Of a DNA stretch of 48,190 bases, positions 25,694-33,504 are shown piece by piece. Origin of the DNA: Clostridia bacterium (GTDB lineage: Bacteria; Bacillota; Clostridia; DUPQ01). The DNA lies in NCBI GenBank assembly GCA_041653455.1, contig JBAZFL010000001.1, forward strand, positions 1 to 48,190, written 5' to 3'. The translations under genes and the position numbers were made by a program. How positions within the stretch are numbered: position 1 is the stretch's first letter; each line of letters opens with the position of its first letter. Under the pieces are notes generated by a model. The model did not search any database. It was not told the DNA's origin and saw only the letters and a program-made list of their open reading frames with translations.

Positions 25694-26344
25694 ATGAGTA
25701 ACATTCAAATCATAAACGCTGATTGCATGGAAGTTATGGCGAAGATGAAAGACAAAGAGTTTGATTTGGCTATTGTTGATCCGCCGTATGGGATTAAACG
25801 GGATGTAGGCTTTGTAGGCTTTGGAGGCTTTGGAGAACCTATTGCAAGGCGACAATATAAGGGCGGATGGGATAATGAACGACCACCATCTAAATATTTT
25901 CAAGAACTTTTAAGAGTTGCCGATAAAGTTATTATTTTTGGCGGAAATTATTTTGCTGATTTATTACCACAAGGGAATCATTGGGTAGTGTGGGATAAAC
26001 AAAACACCATGCCAACATTCGGTGACGCTGAATTAATTTGGACAAATATAGACCGTAATTCTGTAAAAATAAAAGTTCACCAATGGAACGGTTTATTGGG
26101 AAAAGAAAAACAATCTCGCATCCACCCCACCCAAAAGCCCGTTGCCCTTTATCAATGGTTATTAAAAAACTACGCAAAGCAAGGCGATAGGATTTTAGAT
26201 ACTCACGGCGGTTCATGTTCAAGTGCGATTGCTTGCGACATCATGGGATTTGACGCAGTTATCTTTGAAATTGACAAGGATTATTTTGAAGCGGCTTTAG
26301 ATAGATTTAACAGGCACAAACAACAGCAGGTGTTGGCTCTATGA
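25694..26344 (+). CDS. DNA methyltransferase 3 (paralog of MTase 1 with a different central domain)
   Basis: DLAIVDPPYG; HPTQKPVALYQWLLKNYAKQGDRILDTHGGSCSSAIAC. The C-terminal EIDKDYFEAALDRFNRHKQQQVLAL is identical to MTase 1. Confidence 0.8.
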   Translation: MSNIQIINADCMEVMAKMKDKEFDLAIVDPPYGIKRDVGFVGFGGFGEPIARRQYKGGWDNERPPSKYFQELLRVADKVIIFGGNYFADLLPQGNHWVVWDKQNTMPTFGDAELIWTNIDRNSVKIKVHQWNGLLGKEKQSRIHPTQKPVALYQWLLKNYAKQGDRILDTHGGSCSSAIACDIMGFDAVIFEIDKDYFEAALDRFNRHKQQQVLAL

Positions 26345-26562
26345 CCTCTAAACAAGACTATAACAAAAATGGATTTTGTACGGCTCAAATCATTGAAGAA
26401 CCGTTCTGCACACATTTCGAGCAAGATAAAAATCTACGTTCACTGGAAAACAAAAGGACAGGGAAGGGTATCAATGCAATTTTGCGGTGGACATTATTGC
26501 GGACATTTTTGACCCGAAATACGGGGGTGATGAATAGATGTGGTCTCTTATTTTTTACATAG
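26341..26562 (+). CDS. Hypothetical protein
   Basis: ATGA overlap with the MTase 3 stop. No motif recognised. Confidence 0.4.
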   Translation: MTSKQDYNKNGFCTAQIIEEPFCTHFEQDKNLRSLENKRTGKGINAILRWTLLRTFLTRNTGVMNRCGLLFFT

Positions 26563-26624
26563 CAGGCAGTATTTGTTTTTTAATCGGCTCAATTATTTCA
26601 CTAGTAAATTTGTTGAGGAACTAA

Positions 26625-27092
26625 ATGGCTAAGAGCGAGAGAAAAGTAAACACACTTCCAAAACCAGTTAAGACTAAAAAAGTGAAAAAGAAAAAGGTCA
26701 AGTCTGAACGCCAAAAATTAATTATAGCCTGTGACAACCTTTGGAGTGATTGCATTATTGCCAGAGATAAGACCTGCCGATATTCAAACTCCGAGGATAG
26801 ATTGTCAGCGCATCACATTAGAGGCAAAAGCCATTATTCGACCCGTTGGGATTTAGAAAACGGCCTCTGTCTATCGTGGACAAAAATACACTTTTTACAA
26901 AAGAACAATCCTGAATTTTTCCAAGATAAAATTATCGAGATTATCGGCGATGAAAAATATCAGCAATTAAAGACTAAATCTTTGGTCAGAGTAGATTACT
27001 CAATCGCTGATTTGAGAGACATCAAAGAAAGTTTAGAGAAGAAGTTGGACGATATTAAGAGAGGGCTGGATTATTCAAATGTACCCTTTTAA
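26625..27092 (+). CDS. NinG-like / degenerate HNH-fold protein (tentative)
   Basis: Basic N-terminus, then DNLWSDCIIARDKTCRYS...LSAHHIRGKS...RWDLENGLCLS. This resembles the lambda NinG core (FIRERD..C..C....GH...). Confidence 0.35.
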   Translation: MAKSERKVNTLPKPVKTKKVKKKKVKSERQKLIIACDNLWSDCIIARDKTCRYSNSEDRLSAHHIRGKSHYSTRWDLENGLCLSWTKIHFLQKNNPEFFQDKIIEIIGDEKYQQLKTKSLVRVDYSIADLRDIKESLEKKLDDIKRGLDYSNVPF

Positions 27093-27161
27093 ACCCGATT
27101 TGGTCACACTCTTATTGTACTTATTATTATTTATATGCTCGCTAGAGCTCGCCTTAGCAAA

Positions 27162-27198
27162 GCGTGACAGGCGTGACGGAAAGTGACGGACGTGACGA
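27162..27198 (+). repeat. Four phased GTGAC(R)G iterons immediately upstream of the helicase gene
   Basis: GTGAC at 27164, 27173, 27183 and 27192 (spacing 9, 10 and 9 bp). Confidence 0.7.
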
Positions 27199-28320
27199 AT
27201 GGAAGATATTGTAGCTAAAATGTCAGAGATTGATGCGGTCAGTACATACCTAATTAGGGGAGGTATGCCGCCAGATCAGATTATTGAAATTATAAAACAA
27301 CTACATAATTTCAGTAGTTTAGATTGGACAGAGGAACAACTACACGATGAAGTTTATAATAACTACGATGCAATTTTAAGATTAGGAAATAAGGAAAAAA
27401 GACCCATCCAAGCCGAGATTGAGGCTTATGTCACATCGGTCACGGAAAATTTGATTTCGTCACAAACCTGTCACGCAGAATGTCACATCAAAACTAAAGA
27501 AGAAATGGCAGCAGCCAGAAAAGCTATTTCAAGATTAATTAAAAAAGGTGTTCTGGAACCAGTACAAAATCGAGTCGGTTTATATCGTAAAACAGACAAG
27601 CAGGTTGATTCGATAGATTTCATAAACGCCACAGGAGAGGCAATAGATTTAAAATGGCCATTTGGCATTGAGAAACTTTGTAAGATTTTACCTAAGAATA
27701 TAGTTGTTGTGACAGGTTCACCGGACACCGGAAAAACAGCACTTCTTTTAGACTTTATTAGATTAAATATGAAAAAACATAGAATCAATTATTTTTCTTC
27801 AGAAATGGGAGCGTTAGAACTTCAGTCAAGATTATTAAAATTCCCTCAGCTTACCCTTCAGGATTGGAAATTTAATCCAGTTGAGAGATCAAGTAATTTT
27901 GCCGATGTTATCCAGCCTAACGATATTAACGTAATTGACTTCTTAGAAATACATCAGGATTTTTACATGGTAGGCCAATGGATTAAAGACATATTTGATA
28001 AACTGGACAAGGGAGTCGCTGTAATTGCTATCCAAAAGAACACAGGAAAAGGACAGGATATAGCAAGGGGCGGAGTCGGTAGTTTAGAAAAGCCACGTTT
28101 GTATATTTCACTTAGTAATAATCCGCACATTCTAAAAATTGTAAAAGCGAAAAACTGGGTCAACGACCTTGTTAATCCCAACGGTCTATTTATGCGTTAC
28201 AAAATAGTCGGCGGGTGTCAGTTTAAAAGAGAGAAAACTTTATCTGGTGAGGATTGTGATTGGGAAAAGGAAGTCATTGAAAGCGAAGAAACAAAAACCT
28301 CTATTCGAGGGCGTTTTTAA
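27199..28320 (+). CDS. Replication protein: P-loop NTPase, DnaB-like/RecA-fold helicase C-terminal domain
   Basis: Walker A VVVTGSPDTGKTALLLDF, Walker B-like INVIDFLE, and AVIAIQKN...ARGG. Iterons lie upstream and inside the N-terminal coding region. Confidence 0.65.
   Translation: MEDIVAKMSEIDAVSTYLIRGGMPPDQIIEIIKQLHNFSSLDWTEEQLHDEVYNNYDAILRLGNKEKRPIQAEIEAYVTSVTENLISSQTCHAECHIKTKEEMAAARKAISRLIKKGVLEPVQNRVGLYRKTDKQVDSIDFINATGEAIDLKWPFGIEKLCKILPKNIVVVTGSPDTGKTALLLDFIRLNMKKHRINYFSSEMGALELQSRLLKFPQLTLQDWKFNPVERSSNFADVIQPNDINVIDFLEIHQDFYMVGQWIKDIFDKLDKGVAVIAIQKNTGKGQDIARGGVGSLEKPRLYISLSNNPHILKIVKAKNWVNDLVNPNGLFMRYKIVGGCQFKREKTLSGEDCDWEKEVIESEETKTSIRGRF
27430..27486 (+). repeat. Five GTCAC repeats (inverse orientation of the upstream iterons) inside the helicase gene
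   Basis: GTCAC at 27430, 27439, 27459, 27470 and 27482. Confidence 0.65.
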
Positions 28321-28522
28321 TGGGCAGAGGCAAGTCTATTATTTGCATTGTCACGCCTATTCCAAAAAACAGGCAAGGCTTAATTTTTGTAGGCAGATAG
28401 CAAAGAAGCAGGGCGTTGATGATTGGTTGGTATTGCAATATTTTTCAGAGGACAAAGAAAACTTTTTAATCAAAGAGGTAGAGGATGAACGAAGAAATCA
28501 AGACACTAGAGAAAAAGATTGA
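28247..28522 (+). CDS. Hypothetical protein
   Basis: ORF overlapping the helicase 3-prime end by 74 nt. The only in-frame ATG is at 28247, so the true start is uncertain. Confidence 0.35.
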   Translation: MRIVIGKRKSLKAKKQKPLFEGVFNGQRQVYYLHCHAYSKKQARLNFCRQIAKKQGVDDWLVLQYFSEDKENFLIKEVEDERRNQDTREKD

Positions 28523-28622
28523 ATTACACAAGCAGTTTATATTTTTGCGGATGACGGAAATGTTGGAGCAACTAAAGGACATGGAAGCAAAATTAACGGA
28601 AATTTACGAGAGGGAAAAATGA
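28485..28622 (+). CDS. Small coiled-coil protein (45 aa)
   Basis: GAGGTAGAGG RBS. Its stop overlaps the ATG of the next gene. Translated by hand. Confidence 0.35.
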   Translation: MNEEIKTLEKKIELHKQFIFLRMTEMLEQLKDMEAKLTEIYEREK

Positions 28623-28807
28623 GCGAATACGAAAACTATCAACGGCCTAAAAAGATAGAATCAATTTGCACGATATGTAAGGCCACGGGCAGAAAGTATG
28701 TGCATAAGGGGTGGTCACGATGGGAGTATTGCAAAATACATAGGATGCAAACCCAAAGAGGCGATTATCCAGACACAATGTCAGAAATTTATCCAGTACA
28801 TTCATAA
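28619..28807 (+). CDS. Small Cys/His-containing hypothetical protein
   Basis: CTIC near the N-terminus plus scattered His/Cys (HKGWSRWEYCKIH). GAGAGGGAAAA lies upstream. Confidence 0.45.
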   Translation: MSEYENYQRPKKIESICTICKATGRKYVHKGWSRWEYCKIHRMQTQRGDYPDTMSEIYPVHS

Positions 28808-28819
28808 AGGGGAGGAAAG

Positions 28820-29107
28820 ATGGAATATCAGACAACAAAGTATGATGTAATTCAGACAGGAACCTATAAAGACGTTTATCAATTAAAGTTGGGTTATTAC
28901 AAAAAAGATACCACAGAATTTAAGGTTAAGTCATACCCAAAGACCATTGAAGGACAAGAAAAGTTTTTCCCGATTTCAATACCATTGGGGGACAAAGAAA
29001 CTGCGACAAAATTTCTAGTCTCTTTATTGAAAGAGATCACCGGAGAATATTATGAGGTAGTAAATTATAAACCACAACAAGCAACGCAAGAGGACGTACC
29101 TTTTTAA
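28820..29107 (+). CDS. Hypothetical protein
   Basis: GGGGAGGAAAG RBS. 95-aa ORF. Confidence 0.5.
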   Translation: MEYQTTKYDVIQTGTYKDVYQLKLGYYKKDTTEFKVKSYPKTIEGQEKFFPISIPLGDKETATKFLVSLLKEITGEYYEVVNYKPQQATQEDVPF

Positions 29108-29110
29108 GCA

Positions 29111-29365
29111 ATGCCATTTAAAGACCGAGAGAAAGAACTAGCGTATCACAAAAAATACAACAAGGAATATTATTTATTACACAGCGAGAGGATAGCAGTA
29201 ACACAAAGTAAAAAACGGGCTAGGTGGCGACAAGAGGGGCGTTGTTCAAGTTGTGGAACTAAGTTAGTGCAGGGCGAAAAAAGAACCTGTGTAAATTGCG
29301 GGAACACCATTAAGGGAGCGTTAAAATATGCAAAGGATAGTCAAAGACTTACCCAAAACATTTGA
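29111..29365 (+). CDS. Small zinc-ribbon protein
   Basis: CSSCGTKL...CVNCG. Confidence 0.5.
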   Translation: MPFKDREKELAYHKKYNKEYYLLHSERIAVTQSKKRARWRQEGRCSSCGTKLVQGEKRTCVNCGNTIKGALKYAKDSQRLTQNI

Positions 29366-30182
29366 GATCATAGCCGGAAGCTGCACCCATATAGGATCGA
29401 TAATGTGTTATCGTGAAGGAATAGAGAAAGCCGTTGATTATGTTGCCTCTAGGGAAAATACTTTCTTTATTCATTTGGGTGATTGGATAGAAGCAATTTG
29501 CACCGATGATAAGCGTTATAACGCCCCACCAGACGATTTAAAGAACAAAGAACAAGTGATACCCATGAAACAGGCTTTTGACGCTGTAAGCCTATTTAAA
29601 CCGATTAAGGATAAAATCATTGTCGGCCTCATTGGAAACCACGAAAGAAAATTATCCCATGTCGGAAATCTGGTTGAAAGCATTATCTGCCATAAAGAAT
29701 TAGGCTTAAATATTCCCTATGGCACAGAGGTTTGTCGCATAATCTTAGAACACAATGGAAATCCGCTTTTTAACATCTTCGCCATGCACGGAAGAAAAAT
29801 ACTAAATTCCAACGCAAAAGACTTTGAGCAAAGAGAAGCCAACAAGAAAGCCGCGCTTAAACTTTATCTGCAAGAACAGCAAGCCGACTGCTCTATTATG
29901 CTTTGCGGTCACGGTCACAAGATTATTATTTGCGAACCGTCTAAAAGATTAATTCTTGTTGATGGGGAGAATGGACAACGGCAGAGATACTTACGGGGAA
30001 TAACAAGCGCAGGATATATTCAGCCAGATCAGAGATGGTATGCCATGTGCGGTTCTGCAAGAAAATCACGAATTGATGGCTATGATGATTATGCACAATG
30101 TTTTGAAGCTGCCGATTTGGGATTTGTAAAAATAATTGTTGATAATGGAGAGATTGTAAAACTTGAACCATTTTTAATTTAG
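29328..30182 (+). CDS. Calcineurin-like metallophosphoesterase
   Basis: Ordered motifs HLGDWIE, GNHE, AMHGR and CGHGH. Confidence 0.75.
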   Translation: MQRIVKDLPKTFEIIAGSCTHIGSIMCYREGIEKAVDYVASRENTFFIHLGDWIEAICTDDKRYNAPPDDLKNKEQVIPMKQAFDAVSLFKPIKDKIIVGLIGNHERKLSHVGNLVESIICHKELGLNIPYGTEVCRIILEHNGNPLFNIFAMHGRKILNSNAKDFEQREANKKAALKLYLQEQQADCSIMLCGHGHKIIICEPSKRLILVDGENGQRQRYLRGITSAGYIQPDQRWYAMCGSARKSRIDGYDDYAQCFEAADLGFVKIIVDNGEIVKLEPFLI

Positions 30183-30244
30183 TAACACTTCATGCGCCGT
30201 TTCTATGATGTACGGCCTATCTTCGGCTCGAGGAATATAACAAA

Positions 30245-30430
30245 ATGTATAAATTTACAAAGACCAAAGACGAGACAAACCCCCACGACATAGCCAACAT
30301 TGACGTAACGATTCATAACAATGAAGTTTCTTTAGCTGAAATCTTAGAAGCATTTAGTGATTTCCTAAGAGCGTGTGGATTTGGATTTAAAGTCACGTTG
30401 GATTTTATAGATGATGACGAGGTTGCATGA
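30245..30430 (+). CDS. Hypothetical acidic protein
   Basis: 61-aa ORF with an ATGA junction to the next ORF. Confidence 0.45.
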   Translation: MYKFTKTKDETNPHDIANIDVTIHNNEVSLAEILEAFSDFLRACGFGFKVTLDFIDDDEVA

Positions 30431-30579
30431 CGATTAAAGAAGCGCAGAAACTAATTAAATTAATCCGTACCATTTCAAGTACGTTTATCGGAAAGAGCCG
30501 ATACAAGGATTTGGTTTTAGTTTTGTGCAACGAGCATGAAAAGTTACTTAATATTTTACAGGAGCAAGCGAAGAAGTGA
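30427..30579 (+). CDS. Small hypothetical protein (50 aa)
   Basis: Start and stop both overlap neighbours (ATGA / GTGA). Hand translation MTIKEAQKLIKLIRTISSTFIGKSRYKDLVLVLCNEHEKLLNILQEQAKK. Confidence 0.35.
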   Translation: MTIKEAQKLIKLIRTISSTFIGKSRYKDLVLVLCNEHEKLLNILQEQAKK

Positions 30580-30776
30580 ACCAAAAGAACAAATACAAAG
30601 TAATTAAAATAATAAACGGCAATCCCGTTGAACATAGTTCACACAATGGTTTTGAGTATGCCGAGATACAGCGAGACTTACAGCGCAAGAAAGGAATTGC
30701 AAGTTTTATCACTTACCGAGGCGAAATGGTTGAGCAAGACGTAAAGAAAACAAAACCGCAGAAGGAGGGGATATGA
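30576..30776 (+). CDS. Hypothetical protein
   Basis: GTG start overlapping the upstream stop. 66 aa. Confidence 0.4.
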   Translation: MNQKNKYKVIKIINGNPVEHSSHNGFEYAEIQRDLQRKKGIASFITYRGEMVEQDVKKTKPQKEGI

Positions 30777-31048
30777 AAAAAGTCATTAGTGCCTGTTTAG
30801 GCTGTTCATATTACGACAGAATAAAAATAATCTTTGATACTCAAACGCAAAAGCAAATGGCTAAATGGCTCTTACTGCACGAAAGACAACGCCACATTGA
30901 TGACATTGCCAGTATTGACGATGATTTAAAATTACTTGCCGATGTTGAATTGCCAAGGGAAATAGAAGACCTTGCCGGAAATATACGTTTTGAAATTAAA
31001 GACAAGCCGGAAACCCTTTTCAGCAAATACACCCACGACAGCGACTAG
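30773..31048 (+). CDS. Hypothetical protein
   Basis: GGAGGGG RBS and an ATGA overlap. Confidence 0.5.
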   Translation: MKKVISACLGCSYYDRIKIIFDTQTQKQMAKWLLLHERQRHIDDIASIDDDLKLLADVELPREIEDLAGNIRFEIKDKPETLFSKYTHDSD

Positions 31049-31056
31049 GTGATGAA

Positions 31057-31428
31057 ATGAAAATAAAATGGCTCAATAGAACGCTTATGAAACTTCATTA
31101 CAAATTATTATTGTGTAAAAGTGAATCTGAATATTATGCCGTTTTGAAACAAATCAAAGCCCCTAAATCTGAATGGGGCGAATGGTTAGTAAAAAACGCT
31201 GAAGCATCAACAAATGTTTTTAATGAAGAAAAAAACGGCAATAAACGAGCCATCATTGTGTGTATAAAACCTAATCTTAAAAAAGCTGAAGAACATTTAG
31301 ATCATGAGGCCGTTCATATTTTCCAATACGAAATGAATCTTATTGAAGAACAAAATCCAAGTGATGAATTTATGGCTTACAGCATAGCAGCGATTAAGAA
31401 AACTTTGATTGAGGCGTACAAGAAATGA
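31057..31428 (+). CDS. Small HExxH metallopeptidase-like protein
   Basis: LDHEAVHIFQYE contains HEAVH. Confidence 0.45.
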   Translation: MKIKWLNRTLMKLHYKLLLCKSESEYYAVLKQIKAPKSEWGEWLVKNAEASTNVFNEEKNGNKRAIIVCIKPNLKKAEEHLDHEAVHIFQYEMNLIEEQNPSDEFMAYSIAAIKKTLIEAYKK

Positions 31429-31538
31429 CCGAAATTCGCTGTAAGAAATGCGGTAAGTTATTAGGATATGGCAAAGGGGAGTTTGAAATAAAATGTCCCC
31501 GATGTAAAACTAAAAATAAAGTTGTTCATAAATTGTGA
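31425..31538 (+). CDS. Com-like zinc-finger protein (37 aa)
   Basis: MTEIRCKKCGKLLGYGKGEFEIKCPRCKTKNKVVHKL parallels phage Mu Com (IRCKNCNKLL...IEIRCPRCK). ATGA overlap with the upstream gene. Confidence 0.5.
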   Translation: MTEIRCKKCGKLLGYGKGEFEIKCPRCKTKNKVVHKL

Positions 31539-31571
31539 ACGCAAACCAATACTGAACAGAGCTTCTTGAAA

Positions 31572-31600
31572 GCCATCCACAAAAAAGGGGTGGCTTTTTT
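31572..31600 (+). terminator. Rho-independent terminator
   Basis: GCCATCC / GGGTGGC stem (one G-U pair), 9-nt loop, then TTTTTT. Confidence 0.65.
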
Positions 31601-31623
31601 ATTATGACCAAGGAGAAAATAGA

Positions 31624-31812
31624 ATGTTTGAATTTATAGACATGATGCAATTCGGAAAAGAAATAGAGGCGTATGGCGATAAATGGGTAATTGTTAAGCC
31701 TCTTCAAAACAGATGCCATTTAGCTATTCGTTACACAGATAAACTGCCATGCCAGGTATATCTAATACAAACACCAGACATTCCCCAAAAGGAATACAAA
31801 AAGTCAGAATGA
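31624..31812 (+). CDS. Hypothetical protein
   Basis: AAGGAGAAAA RBS. 62 aa. Confidence 0.5.
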   Translation: MFEFIDMMQFGKEIEAYGDKWVIVKPLQNRCHLAIRYTDKLPCQVYLIQTPDIPQKEYKKSE

Positions 31813-31958
31813 CCGACTACGAAATTGACCAGATAATTGAATACGCAGAATCGAATCAGCCGGACGAGTACACATCACATATTTGTAATTATGATGAAGA
31901 TATACGCTTGTTTGAAAGACAGGTTAGGCAGGGGATGATTGAAGTTGACGAAATATAG
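31809..31958 (+). CDS. Hypothetical acidic protein
   Basis: ATGA overlap with the upstream stop. Start taken at MTDYEIDQ rather than the ORF-track start at 31749. Confidence 0.45.
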   Translation: MTDYEIDQIIEYAESNQPDEYTSHICNYDEDIRLFERQVRQGMIEVDEI

Positions 31959-32310
31959 GGACGATATATGTAAGATCGGGAAATGCGTCAACGTTGATGT
32001 GTGTAGAGGTTTTTGTCCTTTGGTCAAGGATATAAACGGAAAGGGAAACTCAAAAGAAAAACTTTTAAGCGATATTAACAAACAAGAAATTGCTAATGAT
32101 AAAGATTATAACTCTATTTTAGCAGAATACGCCGAAGATCAACGCCAGAAAGACAGGTCTGCAATTGAATATATAGAAACAATGATGTTAATCAAAGACC
32201 ACAAAACCAAAGCAGTCAAGTTTTTGCATTACATTTTAAAATACAATCAGCGAGAAATAGCCAACCTGTTTCATGTGGACAGATCGAGTATTTCCCGCCG
32301 ATTGAGGTAA
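31939..32310 (+). CDS. Cys-rich protein with a C-terminal HTH; candidate late-gene regulator
   Basis: CKIGKCVNVDVCRGFCP cluster. C-terminal NQREIANLFHVDRSSISRRL HTH (sigma region-4-like). Non-ATG (TTG) start, so the start is uncertain. Confidence 0.45.
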   Translation: MKLTKYRDDICKIGKCVNVDVCRGFCPLVKDINGKGNSKEKLLSDINKQEIANDKDYNSILAEYAEDQRQKDRSAIEYIETMMLIKDHKTKAVKFLHYILKYNQREIANLFHVDRSSISRRLR

Positions 32311-32445
32311 TTATTTTTCTTCCTTGTCTCTTTTTTCTTCTCTCCATCTGTAAGACTTACACGCCGGACAGCATTTAGGATTTTCTTTTTGGCTGCTCCA
32401 TTCGTAACCGCAGCGTAAACATTTATGTTTTGTTTTCTCTTGCAT
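32311..32445 (-). CDS. Small zinc-ribbon protein (44 aa)
   Basis: Hand translation MQEKTKHKCLRCGYEWSSQKENPKCCPACKSYRWREEKRDKEEK, with an upstream GAGGAGGAAG RBS. Confidence 0.45.
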   Translation of the reverse strand: MQEKTKHKCLRCGYEWSSQKENPKCCPACKSYRWREEKRDKEEK

Positions 32446-32446
32446 T

Positions 32447-32605
32447 TTATTCTTCCTCCTCTTCAGCTACTTCATATAATTCAACTGCATTATTATCATC
32501 ATAACTCACGCCAATTTTTTCAATCGTTTGATCTTTGGTTGTGATATAGACATTTTCCTCTGGGTCGGCTTGCTGTAACTTTTTTATTAATGTTTTGATT
32601 TTCAT
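32447..32605 (-). CDS. Small acidic protein (52 aa)
   Basis: Hand translation MKIKTLIKKLQQADPEENVYITTKDQTIEKIGVSYDDNNAVELYEVAEEEEE, with an upstream AGGAG RBS. Confidence 0.4.
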   Translation of the reverse strand: MKIKTLIKKLQQADPEENVYITTKDQTIEKIGVSYDDNNAVELYEVAEEEEE

Positions 32606-32630
32606 TGTTATTCTCCTATGGGGTTAGTTG

Positions 32631-33149
32631 TTATATGTTTTGGTAAAAAATAGCTTTCCCCGTTTCTATTGATTCGTAAACTAAACTTTTTGCCCTGTAA
32701 CCCTTTGTCCTTGCTGTTAGAGGCATAAAGATAACTTCACCATTAAAATTTATTACCTTTAACTTCTTTTCTTTTTCGCCGCTTCCTAAAAGCCCAGAAT
32801 AACACAAAATGGCCTTGATTTTTTGACCGTCCTGAAATTGATCGAGAACATCAAGAGTAATTATATTCCAACCATTCTTTAAATATTCCTTTTGGCGTTC
32901 TATTTCCTCATCTCTGCTTATATCCTGTTGTGATAAGTAAACCTCCGTTTCGAGATAGCGAAGCAAATCATCGTCTATTTTTTCTTTAGACAATATATAA
33001 TCAGCTATCATTCTATTATAGGGATATTTGCCAGTTTCTTTTCTGTATGCAAGATTATATTCTTTAACTTCTTCTATGGCCTCTTTTCTATAATTCGAAT
33101 GAATATCCCACTTTGTTTTTTCTTCCCTTAACTTTTCATTTAAAGTCAT
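32631..33149 (-). CDS. Hypothetical protein (172 aa)
   Basis: GGAGGGGAAACG RBS. No recognisable motif. Confidence 0.55.
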   Translation of the reverse strand: MTLNEKLREEKTKWDIHSNYRKEAIEEVKEYNLAYRKETGKYPYNRMIADYILSKEKIDDDLLRYLETEVYLSQQDISRDEEIERQKEYLKNGWNIITLDVLDQFQDGQKIKAILCYSGLLGSGEKEKKLKVINFNGEVIFMPLTARTKGYRAKSLVYESIETGKAIFYQNI

Positions 33150-33160
33150 CGTTTCCCCTC

Positions 33161-33307
33161 CTATATCATCAATCCGGCAATTATTATAATCCCGGCTATT
33201 GTTAGAAATGCCTTAAAGATTAACTTGCAAAATCGCTCTGTCACTTCGTTTTCAATTTCTAAATTTGTCCTGTATTCACAGGCAAGGCAAGTATATTTAT
33301 CAGTCAT
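33161..33307 (-). CDS. Tail-anchored small membrane protein with a CxxC motif
   Basis: Start chosen at MTDKYTCLACEY (GGGGGTG RBS). C-terminal TM segment FLTIAGIIIIAGLMI. The ORF-track start at 33346 is a GTG. Confidence 0.45.
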   Translation of the reverse strand: MTDKYTCLACEYRTNLEIENEVTERFCKLIFKAFLTIAGIIIIAGLMI

Positions 33308-33504
33308 TATTGCACCCCCTGAATTGCATTTTGTAAAATCTGACACGCCTTTTTATTTTTCATTTTATTGCCTCCTTAGTTATTTGCTTTATATATAGAG
33401 CATATCTTGTGCCAGAAGATTAATAATATGATTAATAATAGATAAGTGTCTGATTTATAAAGTAATAACAATATTAAATTGCCGATAAAACACAAATAGC
33501 ACCC

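Noticed and set aside
27162-27486. GTGAC/GTCAC repeat arrays as a CRISPR-like array.
   Set aside because: The repeats are only 5-8 bp with 9-20 bp spacing and partly lie within a coding sequence. That fits iterons, not CRISPR. No CRISPR array is visible anywhere in the window.
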